Below, piece after piece: positions 1 to 9,110 of a stretch of DNA of 64,000 nucleotides. The stretch is taken from the NCBI GenBank assembly GCA_963781555.1, contig CAWAGB010000003.1, forward strand, positions 72,071 to 136,070, written 5' to 3'. The DNA comes from an uncultured Chloroflexia bacterium (GTDB lineage Bacteria; Chloroflexota; Limnocylindria; QHBO01). Under the pieces are notes generated by a model that saw nothing but the letters and a program-made list of their open reading frames with translations, was not told where the DNA came from and made no database searches. A program made the translations under genes and the position numbers. Each line of letters opens with the position of its first letter. The stretch's first letter is position 1.

Positions 1-1
1 C

Positions 2-340
2 GACGACGAGCGGCTTGCGGACCGCGCGACGGCCATCGGCACCCGCCTGCTCGACGGGCTTCGCTCCGTCACACGCGGGCGACCCTCGGTCGCCGAAGTG
101 CGTGGTCGTGGCGCGATGGTGGCCGTCGAATTCGCCGACCCGGACGGGCTCGCGCCGCGGCCGGACCTCGCGAAGCGCCTCCTCGCCGAGGCGCTGGCCC
201 GTAACATGCTGCTCCTCACATGCGGCATGCATGGGCAGGTGGTGCGGATCATCCCCCCGCTCGTGACAACCGACGAAGAGGTGGACGCCGCGCTCCGCAT
301 CATGGGTGCGTCGCTCGACGCGATCGACGCCACCGGCTGA
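2..340 (+). CDS. class-III PLP-dependent aminotransferase (GabT/ornithine type), C-terminal fragment; the gene starts upstream of the window
   Basis: The frame is open from position 2. The tail '...VAEVRGRGAMVAVEF...MLLLTCGMHGQVVRIIPPLVTTDEEVD' is the typical small C-terminal domain of this family. Stop at 338-340. Confidence 0.8.
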   Translation, partial: DDERLADRATAIGTRLLDGLRSVTRGRPSVAEVRGRGAMVAVEFADPDGLAPRPDLAKRLLAEALARNMLLLTCGMHGQVVRIIPPLVTTDEEVDAALRIMGASLDAIDATG

Positions 341-374
341 CGGATCGGCGGCCCCACCGGAACAAAGGAGAAGC

Positions 375-806
375 GTGAGCGGACCAGTCTGGATCGTCGA
401 CGACGAGCCTCTCATCCGCGCGGCCATGGTGGCGGTGCTGGAGGAGGTCGGTCACACGGCCGAGGGATTCGATACCGCCGAGGCGCTCTACACGCGCCTC
501 GTCGACGGCGGCACCCAGCCGGCGCTGCTGATCCTCGACCACATGCTCCCCGACGAGAACGGCGCGCAGGTCGTGCGCTCGCTGCGCGAGCGGCCGCAGT
601 ACCGCGACATCCCCATCCTGTTCTGCACCGCGGTCGGCGACGAGGATGCGGAGCGGCTCGCCGACCTGGCCCCGGTCATCCGCAAGCCGTTCGACTTTCG
701 CGAGCTGGTTGACTTCGTCGAGCAGCTGCTGCCCCACGAGGACGCGAGTCAGACGCCCGACGCCTCCGGGCCGTCCGGCGACGCCGCCACGGCCCCCACC
801 GCGTAG
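375..806 (+). CDS. single-domain response regulator (CheY-like receiver only)
   Basis: GTG at 375 is preceded by AAAGGAG. The translation 'VWIVDDEPLIR...LLILDHMLPDENG...PILFCTA...VIRKPFD' has the receiver acidic pocket, the phospho-Asp context and the conserved K-P. No output domain follows. Confidence 0.8.
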   Translation: MSGPVWIVDDEPLIRAAMVAVLEEVGHTAEGFDTAEALYTRLVDGGTQPALLILDHMLPDENGAQVVRSLRERPQYRDIPILFCTAVGDEDAERLADLAPVIRKPFDFRELVDFVEQLLPHEDASQTPDASGPSGDAATAPTA

Positions 807-1354
807 GCCGCCAGCACAGAGGCGGGCACCGGCACGAGTGGCGGGCGCGGGGTGAGCATGGCGCGCGGGTCCGCGGCATCCAGCTCCAGGCGCGCCGAGA
901 GCCACGGCACGCAGCGCCGTCCCTGGCACTCGCCGAACGCGACCCGGGTGGATCGCTTGAGCTGATCCACGGTCGACCAACCGTTGCCGATGGCGCGGTA
1001 CACCGTGTCGCTGCTCACGCCGCGGCACGCGCATGCCAGCCGCTCCAGCTCACCCGACGCCGCCACCGGCTCCCCCGAGCCGAGCAGCGCCTCCAGGCGT
1101 CCGTCGCCGTTGCTGATGCGCAGGTCTCCCGCTGTGATCTCGTACGGCGTCACGACCGCGTCCACCATGCGCGCCGCACGCACCACATAGCCCTCGGCTG
1201 CCGTCCAGGCATCGAACACGGTCGCGCCGTCCATCTCAGGCAGGTCGTGATCGTCGATGAGCAGGCTGTCGACACTGACATGCCGCACGGGCTGAACGAC
1301 AAGCGGCCGCCGATCCACGGCCCGGAGCCGCTCCCAGGCCGGGATGCCGCTCAT
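749..1354 (-). CDS. BFD-like (2Fe-2S)-binding protein
   Basis: Cys pattern 'CACRG...x31...CQGRRC' matches the BFD-like [2Fe-2S] signature (C-x-C...C-x4-C). Its ATG overlaps the stop of the upstream flavin reductase (ATGA at 1351-1354). Confidence 0.6.
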   Translation of the reverse strand: MSGIPAWERLRAVDRRPLVVQPVRHVSVDSLLIDDHDLPEMDGATVFDAWTAAEGYVVRAARMVDAVVTPYEITAGDLRISNGDGRLEALLGSGEPVAASGELERLACACRGVSSDTVYRAIGNGWSTVDQLKRSTRVAFGECQGRRCVPWLSARLELDAADPRAMLTPRPPLVPVPASVLAAYAVGAVAASPDGPEASGV

Positions 1355-1902
1355 CGGTCCGTCTCGCGGGCCGGGTCGAGCGCGCGGTACTGGCTGCCGA
1401 ACCAGATCAACGGCTCGACCGACGGGTCGTACCCGCCGGCGACGATCTCACCGATGAAGACCGAGTGCGTGCCGCCCTCGTGGCGCGCGGTCACGCGGCA
1501 GTCGAAATAGGCGATCGCGTCCTCCAGGATCGGCGAGCCGGTCTCCCCCTCGTGCCACGGCGCGTCGCAGAAGCGGCGCAGCTTGTCCGCGGTGGTGGGC
1601 TGGGCGAAGCAGTCCGCCATCGCGCGCTGCCGATCGGACAGCACGCTGACCGCGAAGGCGTGGCTCTGCACGATGGCGGTATGGGTCTCGGAGCGCCGGT
1701 TCACGCTCGCCAGCAGGAGCGGCGGGTCGATGCTGATGGTGGCGATGGCGTTGGCGGTCATGCCGGCCAGCAGCGGCCCGTGGCGCGCAGCCACCACCGT
1801 CACCCCGGTTGCGAAGCGGCCCATCATCGAGCGCAGGGCGCGCTGCTGCGCCTCGTTCATCGGCAACGCTCCGTCGCGGTCGAAGCGGGTCCCGTCGTCC
1901 AT
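1351..1902 (-). CDS. flavin reductase family protein (HpaC/NADH:FMN oxidoreductase-like)
   Basis: 'RSMMGRFATGVTVVAA...GMTANAIATISIDPPLLLASV...HSVFIGEIV' is the flavin_reduct domain signature. I chose the internal ATG at 1902 so the gene abuts the upstream gene's stop at 1911. Confidence 0.85.
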   Translation of the reverse strand: MDDGTRFDRDGALPMNEAQQRALRSMMGRFATGVTVVAARHGPLLAGMTANAIATISIDPPLLLASVNRRSETHTAIVQSHAFAVSVLSDRQRAMADCFAQPTTADKLRRFCDAPWHEGETGSPILEDAIAYFDCRVTARHEGGTHSVFIGEIVAGGYDPSVEPLIWFGSQYRALDPARETDR

Positions 1903-1910
1903 CGGTCCGG

Positions 1911-2243
1911 TCAGCGATACCGCTCGAGCTTCTCGAGGATCGCGTTCGCCGTGCCCCACTGCGTCGGATTCGCCTCTCGGCCCTTGTGGAGATGCACCAG
2001 CGGCACCGTGTTCCAGGAAGGCCCGTCCTCTCGCGGAATGTGGATGGCCAGGTCACCGCGGTCGAGGAGCGCCACGATCGTGGCTCCCCGCTCGCCGCCG
2101 CGCACCAGTGCGCGCTCGAGCGTGCTCGCGAACTCCGCGACGCCCCCGAACTCGAGGCCGATGCGCATGGCGATGATGCCGCTCGTGGGCGGCAGGTTGG
2201 CCTGGGGCTCCTGCGGGACGTCGCGGTCGACCGCGTTCCTCAT
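1911..2243 (-). CDS. hypothetical protein (110 aa)
   Basis: ORF with normal amino-acid composition. It has a 4-nt start/stop overlap with the upstream gene (2240-2243) and sits 8 nt from the downstream gene, which implies co-translation. I recognise no motif. Confidence 0.5.
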   Translation of the reverse strand: MRNAVDRDVPQEPQANLPPTSGIIAMRIGLEFGGVAEFASTLERALVRGGERGATIVALLDRGDLAIHIPREDGPSWNTVPLVHLHKGREANPTQWGTANAILEKLERYR

Positions 2244-2623
2244 CGGGCACCCATGGCCGTGCCGAGGAGCCAGCTGAAGAAGGTGAGGCTGCCGAGCACG
2301 GCGAAGCCGACGATCACCAGCAGCAGCACCAGGCCGATGAAGCTGGCCCAGGCGGCAAGCCCAGCGCCCCTGCCAGGGGCCGAGACCGAGCCCATGGCCA
2401 CGTACATGGCGAGCGCATCGCCGTCGACCCGCACCTCGACCTCCTCGTCGAGCGGCATGACGAGCAGCGTCTCCGCGGAACCTGAGCGTGTGGCGGCGAT
2501 GAGGGCACGGGTGCGGTCACCGTCGCGCACCAGCACGGCATGCTCGCCCGCGACGTTGGTAACCGGCTCGGCGCGCATGGTGCCGCTGCGTCCTATGGGG
2601 AGCGGCGGAAGGGAATCCTGCAT
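2240..2623 (-). CDS. hypothetical C-terminally membrane-anchored protein (127 aa)
   Basis: This is the last 127 codons of track ORF 2240..3529. They switch from Arg-rich junk to normal composition and end in a clear TM helix, 'AAWASFIGLVLLLVIVGFAVLGSLTFFSWLL'. ATG at 2623; an alternative ATG lies at 2578. Confidence 0.5.
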   Translation of the reverse strand: MQDSLPPLPIGRSGTMRAEPVTNVAGEHAVLVRDGDRTRALIAATRSGSAETLLVMPLDEEVEVRVDGDALAMYVAMGSVSAPGRGAGLAAWASFIGLVLLLVIVGFAVLGSLTFFSWLLGTAMGAR

Positions 2624-2661
2624 GCGCGCCGAGGATAGCAGGCAGCTCAACGCGCCCCGCC

Positions 2662-3573
2662 TCACCCGGGTGAGGCGGCAAGCTCCCGGATGGTTGGCTC
2701 GAGCGCCGCCACCGTCTCGACCGTGATCGGGTCGAGGACGAGCTGGACGTGGCCCACCCCCTCGGCCGCGAAGGAGCGCAGCGCGGCGGCCAGCTGCGCC
2801 GGCGCATGCGGCAGGGCGACAACGTCGGGACGCGAGAGATCGCCGAGCTGGCGTCCGCGAGCTCCGGGGAACTGGACGAACAGCGCCACCGTGCGCTCCA
2901 CGTCGGCCGGATCTCGCCCCGCTGCCTCGCACGCCTCGTCGACCGTCGCGCGCAGCTCCCGGTACCCCTCCACCGAGTTGCCGAACCACGTGAACCACGC
3001 GTTCCACGCGTCGGCGTGCGGGAGGGTGATGGCGAGCATCCGCGGCCCGATGCTGCCGACCATCAGCGGCGGCCCCGCCGGGCGCGGGCCGCGCGGCAGG
3101 AGCATGCAGTCGTCCAGCTGGTAATGGGCGCCATCGAAGTCGATGCTGCCCTCGCGCAGCAGGGTGCGGATGATGGTGAATGCCTCCTCGAAGCGGCTCA
3201 CGCGGTGGTCGAACGGGAAACCGTAGGCCCGGTACTCCGCCTCGTTCCAGCCCGCGCCGAGCCCGAGGATCAGCCGCCCGCCGCTGATCTCGTCTACGGT
3301 GGCGGCCTTCTTGGCCAGCATGGCGGGGTTGTGGAAGCTGGTGGCCGCGACAAGCGGACCCAGCTCGACGCGCTCGGTGACGGCGGCGATGGCGGAAAGG
3401 GTCGACCAGGCTTCCCACGGGCCGCGCTCGGGCAGCCCGTCGCCGCGGTAGAGAAGATGGTCGCCGACCCAGATCGAGTCGAGGCCGATGCGCTCCGCGG
3501 TCTCGACCATGACCCGCAGCTCGGTCCACGGGATGACGTACTCGACCTCGGGGACCTGGACGCCGATCTTCAT
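2662..3573 (-). CDS. LLM-class (luciferase-like) flavin/F420-dependent oxidoreductase
   Basis: 'MKIGVQVP...DSIWVGDHLL...GGRLILGLGAGWNEAEYRAYGFPF...RVSRFEEAFTIIRTLL' is a typical LLM family sequence. Start set at the internal ATG at 3573. Confidence 0.85.
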   Translation of the reverse strand: MKIGVQVPEVEYVIPWTELRVMVETAERIGLDSIWVGDHLLYRGDGLPERGPWEAWSTLSAIAAVTERVELGPLVAATSFHNPAMLAKKAATVDEISGGRLILGLGAGWNEAEYRAYGFPFDHRVSRFEEAFTIIRTLLREGSIDFDGAHYQLDDCMLLPRGPRPAGPPLMVGSIGPRMLAITLPHADAWNAWFTWFGNSVEGYRELRATVDEACEAAGRDPADVERTVALFVQFPGARGRQLGDLSRPDVVALPHAPAQLAAALRSFAAEGVGHVQLVLDPITVETVAALEPTIRELAASPG

Positions 3574-3745
3574 CGGCGCATCATGCCCGCCAAGATGCGG
3601 TAGCGTCATGCCATGGACGCGCGACGACGCTGCGTGAGGTCGCTGCCGAGCGCTTCGCGGGTCGCCTCGAAGGGCTCGGCGCGAGCGCGGCACAGCACGT
3701 GATGGCCCGCGCGACGGGCAACTTCAAGCGCGGCAACGAGCGCCC

Positions 3746-4648
3746 CTAGGCAACCAGCACTCGCTCCATCGAGGCGAGCGCTTCGTCACGGACCTCCGGC
3801 AGCCCCTCACGCTCCCCATACAGCGCCAGCACCGCGCCGAGGAAGAGGCCAACCACCCGCGCTCGGAGCGCCTGGTCCGGCTCGATCTGTCCGTACGCCG
3901 CCCAGAAGGCCGGGCGCGCGTCCGGCGTGAGGAGGCTCCAAGCGACATGGAGGTCCATCGCCGGATCGCCACGGCACAGGTCGCCCCAGTCGATGATCCC
4001 CGTCAACGGATCCACCCCGCCCGGATCGACGAGGACGTGACGAAAGTGGAGATCGCCATGGACAGTGGCGCGGCGCGGACTGGGCGGGGTGTCGATCGCG
4101 GCCCGAAGGAGCTCTTCCGCAGCGGCCCGATGGTCGGCCAGGCCGCTCGTCGCCAGCTCGGCGAGCCGCTCGCGGGCGAACGGCACGCGGCGCGCCATGT
4201 CCACCCGGCCCATCGGGTCGTGGGGCAGGTCGTCGGCAGGCTCGATGTCGTGGAGGGTGCGCAGGAAGCGCGCGAGCGGCAGCGCGAGGCGCTCCCGGTC
4301 GGCATCGCCGAAGTGGACGGTCGGCTCCTGACCGGCGAGGAGGCGCGCGCCGAAGAACGGCCACCCGAACGCGGAGCTCGGAGCGCCCAGGTGTCGAGGC
4401 ACCGGGATCGGCGCGGGCAGCTGCGGGGCCAACCCCGGAAGATGGCGCATCTCGCGCTCGACGCCCGGGATCGCGATGGCGCGGCGCGGGAAGCGGAAGC
4501 TCCACTCCCCGTCTACGACGAAGACGGTGTTGTCCCAGCCGGCGGCGAGGGCCCGAACGGACGCGCGGCGCAGCTCAGGGAACTGGAGGGCGATGAGCCG
4601 CCGCGCCAGCGCCTCGTCGACCGCGATCTCCGGGTCCCACTCAGGCAT
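3746..4648 (-). CDS. aminoglycoside/choline-kinase-type phosphotransferase (APH family)
   Basis: Catalytic loop 'VHGDLHFRHVLV' and metal-binding 'IIDWGD' motifs in a 300-aa protein. Confidence 0.8.
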   Translation of the reverse strand: MPEWDPEIAVDEALARRLIALQFPELRRASVRALAAGWDNTVFVVDGEWSFRFPRRAIAIPGVEREMRHLPGLAPQLPAPIPVPRHLGAPSSAFGWPFFGARLLAGQEPTVHFGDADRERLALPLARFLRTLHDIEPADDLPHDPMGRVDMARRVPFARERLAELATSGLADHRAAAEELLRAAIDTPPSPRRATVHGDLHFRHVLVDPGGVDPLTGIIDWGDLCRGDPAMDLHVAWSLLTPDARPAFWAAYGQIEPDQALRARVVGLFLGAVLALYGEREGLPEVRDEALASMERVLVA

Positions 4649-4680
4649 GGCCGCGGAGTATATCGGTCCGCCGGCGGCCC

Positions 4681-6711
4681 TCAGGCGACTCGGCTGGTGC
4701 GTCCGTTCACGTAGTCGACCAGGACGTACTCGCCCAGGTGCTCTGGCTCCACGTAGAAGGCACGCCCGCGGTTGATGCGCGACATGAGGTCCACGAACTC
4801 GGACAGGTAGCGCGAGCGCTCGAGCATGAACGTATTGATGACGATCCCCTCGCGCGTGCAGCGCCCGACCTCGCGCAGGGTCGACTGCATCGTCCGCATC
4901 GTCGGCGGATAGCTGAACTCGACCTGCCCGTTGGCGACGTGCGCGGTCGGCTCACCATCGGTGATCACCACGATCTGCTTGTTGCCGCCGCTCCCCCGCC
5001 CGAGCAGCTGGCGCCCGATCAGCAGGGCATGCTGCAGGTTGGTGCCGTACTCGAACTCGTACGGGCTCAGGGTCGCGATCGCCTCCGGCTTGATCTGGCG
5101 GGCGTAGTAGGCGAAGCCCACCACGAACAGGCGGTCCCGCGGATACCTGGTCGCTATCAACGCATGCAGCGCCATCGCGACCCGCTTGGCGGCGGTCGAG
5201 CATCCCCGCAGCAGCATGGAGCGGCTCATGTCGAGCAGCAGCACCGTGCTCGCCACCGTCGACTCCTCGGACCGGTGGACCTCGAAGTCCTCCGGACCGA
5301 TGACCACCGGCACGCCCGGCCCCCCGCGCCCCATGGCGTTGAAGAGGGTGCGGTTGATGTCGACGCTGAAGCGGTCGCCAAACTCGTACCGCTTCGTCTC
5401 GTCGGTCGGCTCGCCGCCGCGACCCGGACGCGGCACCGCGTGGCCGCCGAACCCCTCGCGACGCAGGCGCCCGAAGATCTGCGCCAACGCCTGCGTCCCC
5501 AGCTTGCGCGCCGCGCGCGGGGTGAGCTCCAGGCGCCCGCCGTCGCGTTGCAAGTAGCCCGCCTCCTCGAGCGCCTTCGTCAGCTCGGCGAGCTGGTCGA
5601 GCTGGTCGATGGCGTCGTCACCGCCGAGGTCGCGCAGGGCGTCGCGGTCGAGGTGACCGAGCGCATCTGGATCGCGAGCCGCGAGCAGCTCCGCCTCCAT
5701 CGCGTCGAACTGCTGCTGGCGGTCGATCGCGGCCAGGGCATCGCCGAGTCCCACCGGCTCGTCGCCGGTGAACGGGTACGGCTCCCCGAACGGCAGGTCA
5801 GGTCGGGCCTGCTGGAGATTGCCCGCCAGGCGGGCCATGTCCCAGCGCAGGCGGTCGTCGCGCAGCAGGTCGTCCATCAGCTGCTGGAGCTCGGCGCGCT
5901 GCTGCGGGCTCATGCTCGCGAGCAGCGATGCCATCTGCGACGCCTGGCGGTGCAGGTGGTGGATCAGCTCGTCGACGCTGCCGATCCCCGGCGGGAAGTA
6001 GTGCCCGTGGTTGGCCATGAAGCGATCGAAGTCGGGCTTGGTATCGACACCGCTGGCGTGCTTCTCGAGCAGCGCGTTGAGATCGCGGACCATGTCGCGA
6101 ATGCTGGCCAAATCCTCCGGGGTGACCTTCTCGACGCCCTCGCGCAGCCCCGAGAAGTACGTCTGGAGCACCTGCTGGCGCAGCTCGTCGCTGAGGTCTC
6201 GGAACGCGTCGCGTGCGGCGTCGTCCATGAACTCGTAGTCGCTCAGGCCGTGGAGCCGGCCGGCCGCATCGGCTGGCAGTGCATCGAGGCGGTCGCGATG
6301 ATGCTGTGCCGTGCGGCGCAGCACCTGCTCTGCCAGGCGCGCCGCGTCCTGCCCGGGTCCGGGTGCCGCGTCGAGCGCGGAACGCTCAGCCTCGTGAACG
6401 CGGCGCTCGAGCCCCTCGCGCTCCAGGCGCACGACCTCCGCGAGGCGGTCGGCGATCCCATCCAGCACCCCGCCCAGCTGGCTGCGCTCGAGCTCCTCAC
6501 GGCGGCTCGCGCGCAGCCGCTGGATGATGTCGCGCAGCCCGGCCACGTCGCCGCCCCGCGCGCCCTGCATGCCGCGCTGCATGAGCCGCTGCAGGGCACG
6601 GCGCACGTCGCCCTCCGCCAGCAGGTCGTCGGCCAGCGACTCGAGGACGTCGTCAGCGTCGAGCGGCGGCAGCTCCTGGCTGCCGTCCCAGCGGGTGTAG
6701 CGGATGCTCAT
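4681..6711 (-). CDS. large vWA-domain protein (C-terminal von Willebrand A with MIDAS), COG4867-like
   Basis: 676 aa. The N-terminal region is long, helical and Asp/Arg/Leu-rich. The C-terminal 'STVLLLDMSRSM...VVITDGEPTA' is a DxSxS MIDAS vWA fold. It lies 17 nt downstream of the AAA+ gene. Confidence 0.8.
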   Translation of the reverse strand: MSIRYTRWDGSQELPPLDADDVLESLADDLLAEGDVRRALQRLMQRGMQGARGGDVAGLRDIIQRLRASRREELERSQLGGVLDGIADRLAEVVRLEREGLERRVHEAERSALDAAPGPGQDAARLAEQVLRRTAQHHRDRLDALPADAAGRLHGLSDYEFMDDAARDAFRDLSDELRQQVLQTYFSGLREGVEKVTPEDLASIRDMVRDLNALLEKHASGVDTKPDFDRFMANHGHYFPPGIGSVDELIHHLHRQASQMASLLASMSPQQRAELQQLMDDLLRDDRLRWDMARLAGNLQQARPDLPFGEPYPFTGDEPVGLGDALAAIDRQQQFDAMEAELLAARDPDALGHLDRDALRDLGGDDAIDQLDQLAELTKALEEAGYLQRDGGRLELTPRAARKLGTQALAQIFGRLRREGFGGHAVPRPGRGGEPTDETKRYEFGDRFSVDINRTLFNAMGRGGPGVPVVIGPEDFEVHRSEESTVASTVLLLDMSRSMLLRGCSTAAKRVAMALHALIATRYPRDRLFVVGFAYYARQIKPEAIATLSPYEFEYGTNLQHALLIGRQLLGRGSGGNKQIVVITDGEPTAHVANGQVEFSYPPTMRTMQSTLREVGRCTREGIVINTFMLERSRYLSEFVDLMSRINRGRAFYVEPEHLGEYVLVDYVNGRTSRVA

Positions 6712-6728
6712 GCGGGCCGGACTCCGGG

Positions 6729-8159
6729 TCAGCGCGCGTAGCGCACGCCGCCGCCGCGTCGCTCCTTGTTGAGGCGTCGGTTGAGGTGCAGGCCCTCCAG
6801 CACGAACTCGACTGCCGAGGCGACCCCGGCTGGTGACTCCCCGACCTCCAGCCGCCCGATGGCGCGCCGCAGCTCGGGAAGCTCTGCCACCAGCCGCTCA
6901 TGCGCGGCGGAGGGCACCATGTCGCCAACCTCGGCCTCCGCCCCTTCATCGAAGCGCTCGAGCAGCGGCGCCAGCTCGCTGACTGCCACCCGCCGGTTGA
7001 AGACGTTGATCACTGCGCGCGCCACCAGCTTGTCGATGACCCGGTCCTCCCGCGTCTCGTCGCCCAGCGTCTCGAGCTCGATCTTGCCGGCAGTCGAGGC
7101 GACCACCGCGGAGAGGTCGCTGATGCGCGGCGCGGCGCTCGGCTCGTCGAGCCGCACGGCGCGCTTGGTCGCCGCTGCCACGAGGGTTTCGAGGTTGGAG
7201 ATGCTCACGCGAACGCTCACCCCGGAGCGCTGGCTGACCTCGGTCGAGCGGCGCGCCAACTGCGACAGCTCCGCGAGCACCTCGCGCATGAATCCGGGCA
7301 CCTCGACCGGCCGTACCTCGCCCGCCTCGTCGTCGCTGAAGGCCAGGCGCTCCTGCTCCATGATCGCCATCTCGGTCTCGACGTCCGCGGGATAGTGGGT
7401 CCGGATCTGGGCGCCGAAGCGATCCTTGAGGGGGGTGATGATGCGGCCGCGGCTGGTGTAGTCCTCCGGGTTGGCGCTGGCGATCACGAAGAGGTCGAGC
7501 TCGAGGCGCACCGTGTAGCCACGCACCTGGACGTCGCGCTCCTCCATCACGTTCAGCAGGCTGACCTGGATCCGCTCCGCGAGGTCCGGCAGCTCGTTGA
7601 GCGCGAAGATGCCGCGGTTGGCGCGCGGCAGCATCCCGTAGTGGATCGTGAGCGCATCCGACAGATAGCGGCCCTCCGCAACCTTCACCGGGTCCACCTC
7701 CCCGATCAGATCGGCGACGCTGATATCCGGTGTCGAGAGCTTCTCCGCGTAGCGCTCGTCACGGTGGATCCAGGCGATGGGTGTCTCGTCGGCCCGCTCG
7801 GCAACCAGGGCCCGGGCAAACGGTGAGACGGGGGCGAACGGATCGTCCCGCAGCTCGGCCCCCGCGACGGCGGGGATCCACTCGTCCAAGAGGGTGGTGA
7901 GGGCCCGCGCGATGCGGCTCTTGGCCTGTCCGCGCTCCCCGAGCAGGATGACGTCCTGTCCCGCAAGGATGGCGTTCTCGAGCTGAGGCAGCACCGTCCC
8001 GTCGTAGCCCAGGATGCCGGCCAGCAGCGGCTCGCGGCGCGTCAGGCGCCTGATGAGATTGGCGCGCAGCTCGGCGCGCACGCTACGCGGCCGATACCCC
8101 GATTCACGCAGCCCGCGCAGGGTGCTGATGGTCGGGCGGGTCGAGGGATCAGGTGTCAC
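6729..8159 (-). CDS. ChlI/BchI-like AAA+ ATPase (Mg-chelatase-type, often annotated sigma-54-interaction domain)
   Basis: Walker A-like 'ILLGERGQAKS', Walker B 'GIFALNELPDL', and 'LLNVMEERDVQVRG...FVIASANPED', typical of the ChlI clade. Its GTG start overlaps the stop of the upstream gene (GTGA at 8156-8159). Confidence 0.8.
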   Translation of the reverse strand: MTPDPSTRPTISTLRGLRESGYRPRSVRAELRANLIRRLTRREPLLAGILGYDGTVLPQLENAILAGQDVILLGERGQAKSRIARALTTLLDEWIPAVAGAELRDDPFAPVSPFARALVAERADETPIAWIHRDERYAEKLSTPDISVADLIGEVDPVKVAEGRYLSDALTIHYGMLPRANRGIFALNELPDLAERIQVSLLNVMEERDVQVRGYTVRLELDLFVIASANPEDYTSRGRIITPLKDRFGAQIRTHYPADVETEMAIMEQERLAFSDDEAGEVRPVEVPGFMREVLAELSQLARRSTEVSQRSGVSVRVSISNLETLVAAATKRAVRLDEPSAAPRISDLSAVVASTAGKIELETLGDETREDRVIDKLVARAVINVFNRRVAVSELAPLLERFDEGAEAEVGDMVPSAAHERLVAELPELRRAIGRLEVGESPAGVASAVEFVLEGLHLNRRLNKERRGGGVRYAR

Positions 8160-9049
8160 GGGGCAGCTCCATAGTCTGCGAGCGCCATCGAGACACTCAC
8201 CGGGTCGCAGGCGCCGCGCTCGGCCAGCGCGGCGAGGAAGGCGGACCGATGCGCCAGCTCGGCCTCGAGGGCCGCGGGCGCACAGTCCAGGCTGGCCGCG
8301 AGGACGGCGTAGGCCGCGGGATCGTGCACCAGCGGCCGATGAGCCCGGCCGCCGTCGTCAGGGAGGAACGGCGGCTCCGGCAGGCGCTGCGCGCCGGTCA
8401 GGGAAGGTGACCGCTCCCCGTCGAGGGCGGCGAGACGCACGGGTGCCAGGACACCGTGCTCGTCGAGGTGCAGGTGCCACGCTTCCTCGACGCGGCGGTA
8501 CATGCCGGCTGGGGTCTGGTAGGCCGACCATTGCAGGTAGATGGTGAGCCCGGCCAGGTCGGCATCGGTCGCGCCAAGGTCGTCGCGCAGGGTGCTGAGC
8601 GCCTCGGGCAGCGAATCGGCGTGCATCGTTGCGCCCAGTCCGTAGCCGCTGCCGGCGAGGCGCAGTGCGCCCTGCGCCGCACGACCCCAGACATAGACCG
8701 GCAGGTGGTCGCTCATCTCGTTGATGAGCAGGTAACCGCGTTCGGCCGGCACGTCATCGGTCCAGTCGAAGTCGGCGAACCAGCCGCGCAGGAAGATGCC
8801 CACCGTCCCCTCCGGGAGGAAGTCGACGAGCGCGGAAAGGGTCGTCGTCTTGCCGGCCTGCGGTGCCTCACTGCTGAGCATCACGCTGCGGCGGCGAGCC
8901 ACCACGGCCCAGAGGGTGGCCATCAGCCGCCCGTCGAGCGCGCCGGAGCCAACGATCTCGACGGCGCTCATTGGCTGCGGAGGCGACCAGTGGTAGCCCC
9001 ACCATCCCTCGGGGAAGCGGTTCACCCAGGCGCTCAGCGAGCCGGACAT
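8156..9049 (-). CDS. PilT/VirB11/GspE-type P-loop NTPase domain protein (stand-alone, short)
   Basis: Walker A 'SSEAPQAGKTTTL', Asp-box/Walker B-like 'GYLLINEMSD', and His-box-like 'GLGATMHADS'. Start set at ATG 9049, because the upstream part of the track ORF is Arg/Ser junk. Confidence 0.6.
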   Translation of the reverse strand: MSGSLSAWVNRFPEGWWGYHWSPPQPMSAVEIVGSGALDGRLMATLWAVVARRRSVMLSSEAPQAGKTTTLSALVDFLPEGTVGIFLRGWFADFDWTDDVPAERGYLLINEMSDHLPVYVWGRAAQGALRLAGSGYGLGATMHADSLPEALSTLRDDLGATDADLAGLTIYLQWSAYQTPAGMYRRVEEAWHLHLDEHGVLAPVRLAALDGERSPSLTGAQRLPEPPFLPDDGGRAHRPLVHDPAAYAVLAASLDCAPAALEAELAHRSAFLAALAERGACDPVSVSMALADYGAAP

Positions 9050-9110
9050 CGTGGCGGCCACGGTACGCGGGGGACGAGGCGCCTGCAACCGACCCGCTAG
9101 GCTGCGCTGC

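Noticed and set aside
749-806. 3'-end overlaps of convergent gene pairs: 749-806, 9991-10031, 42583-42644 and 45582-45618.
   Set aside because: In GC-rich DNA stop codons are sparse, so coding tails often run into each other. The overlaps may also reflect low-complexity C-terminal tails. This is not enough evidence for antisense regulation.
4738-6741. 667-aa ORF antisense to the vWA gene. Similar long ORFs include 16044..17768, 12906..14243, 27023..29050, 40649..42625, 55339..56757, 59142..60230 and 60694..62598.
   Set aside because: The translations are dominated by Arg/Gly/Pro/Ala/His with no motifs. They lie opposite or out of frame to genes with clear family signatures. Open antisense or off-frames like these are expected in DNA this GC-rich.
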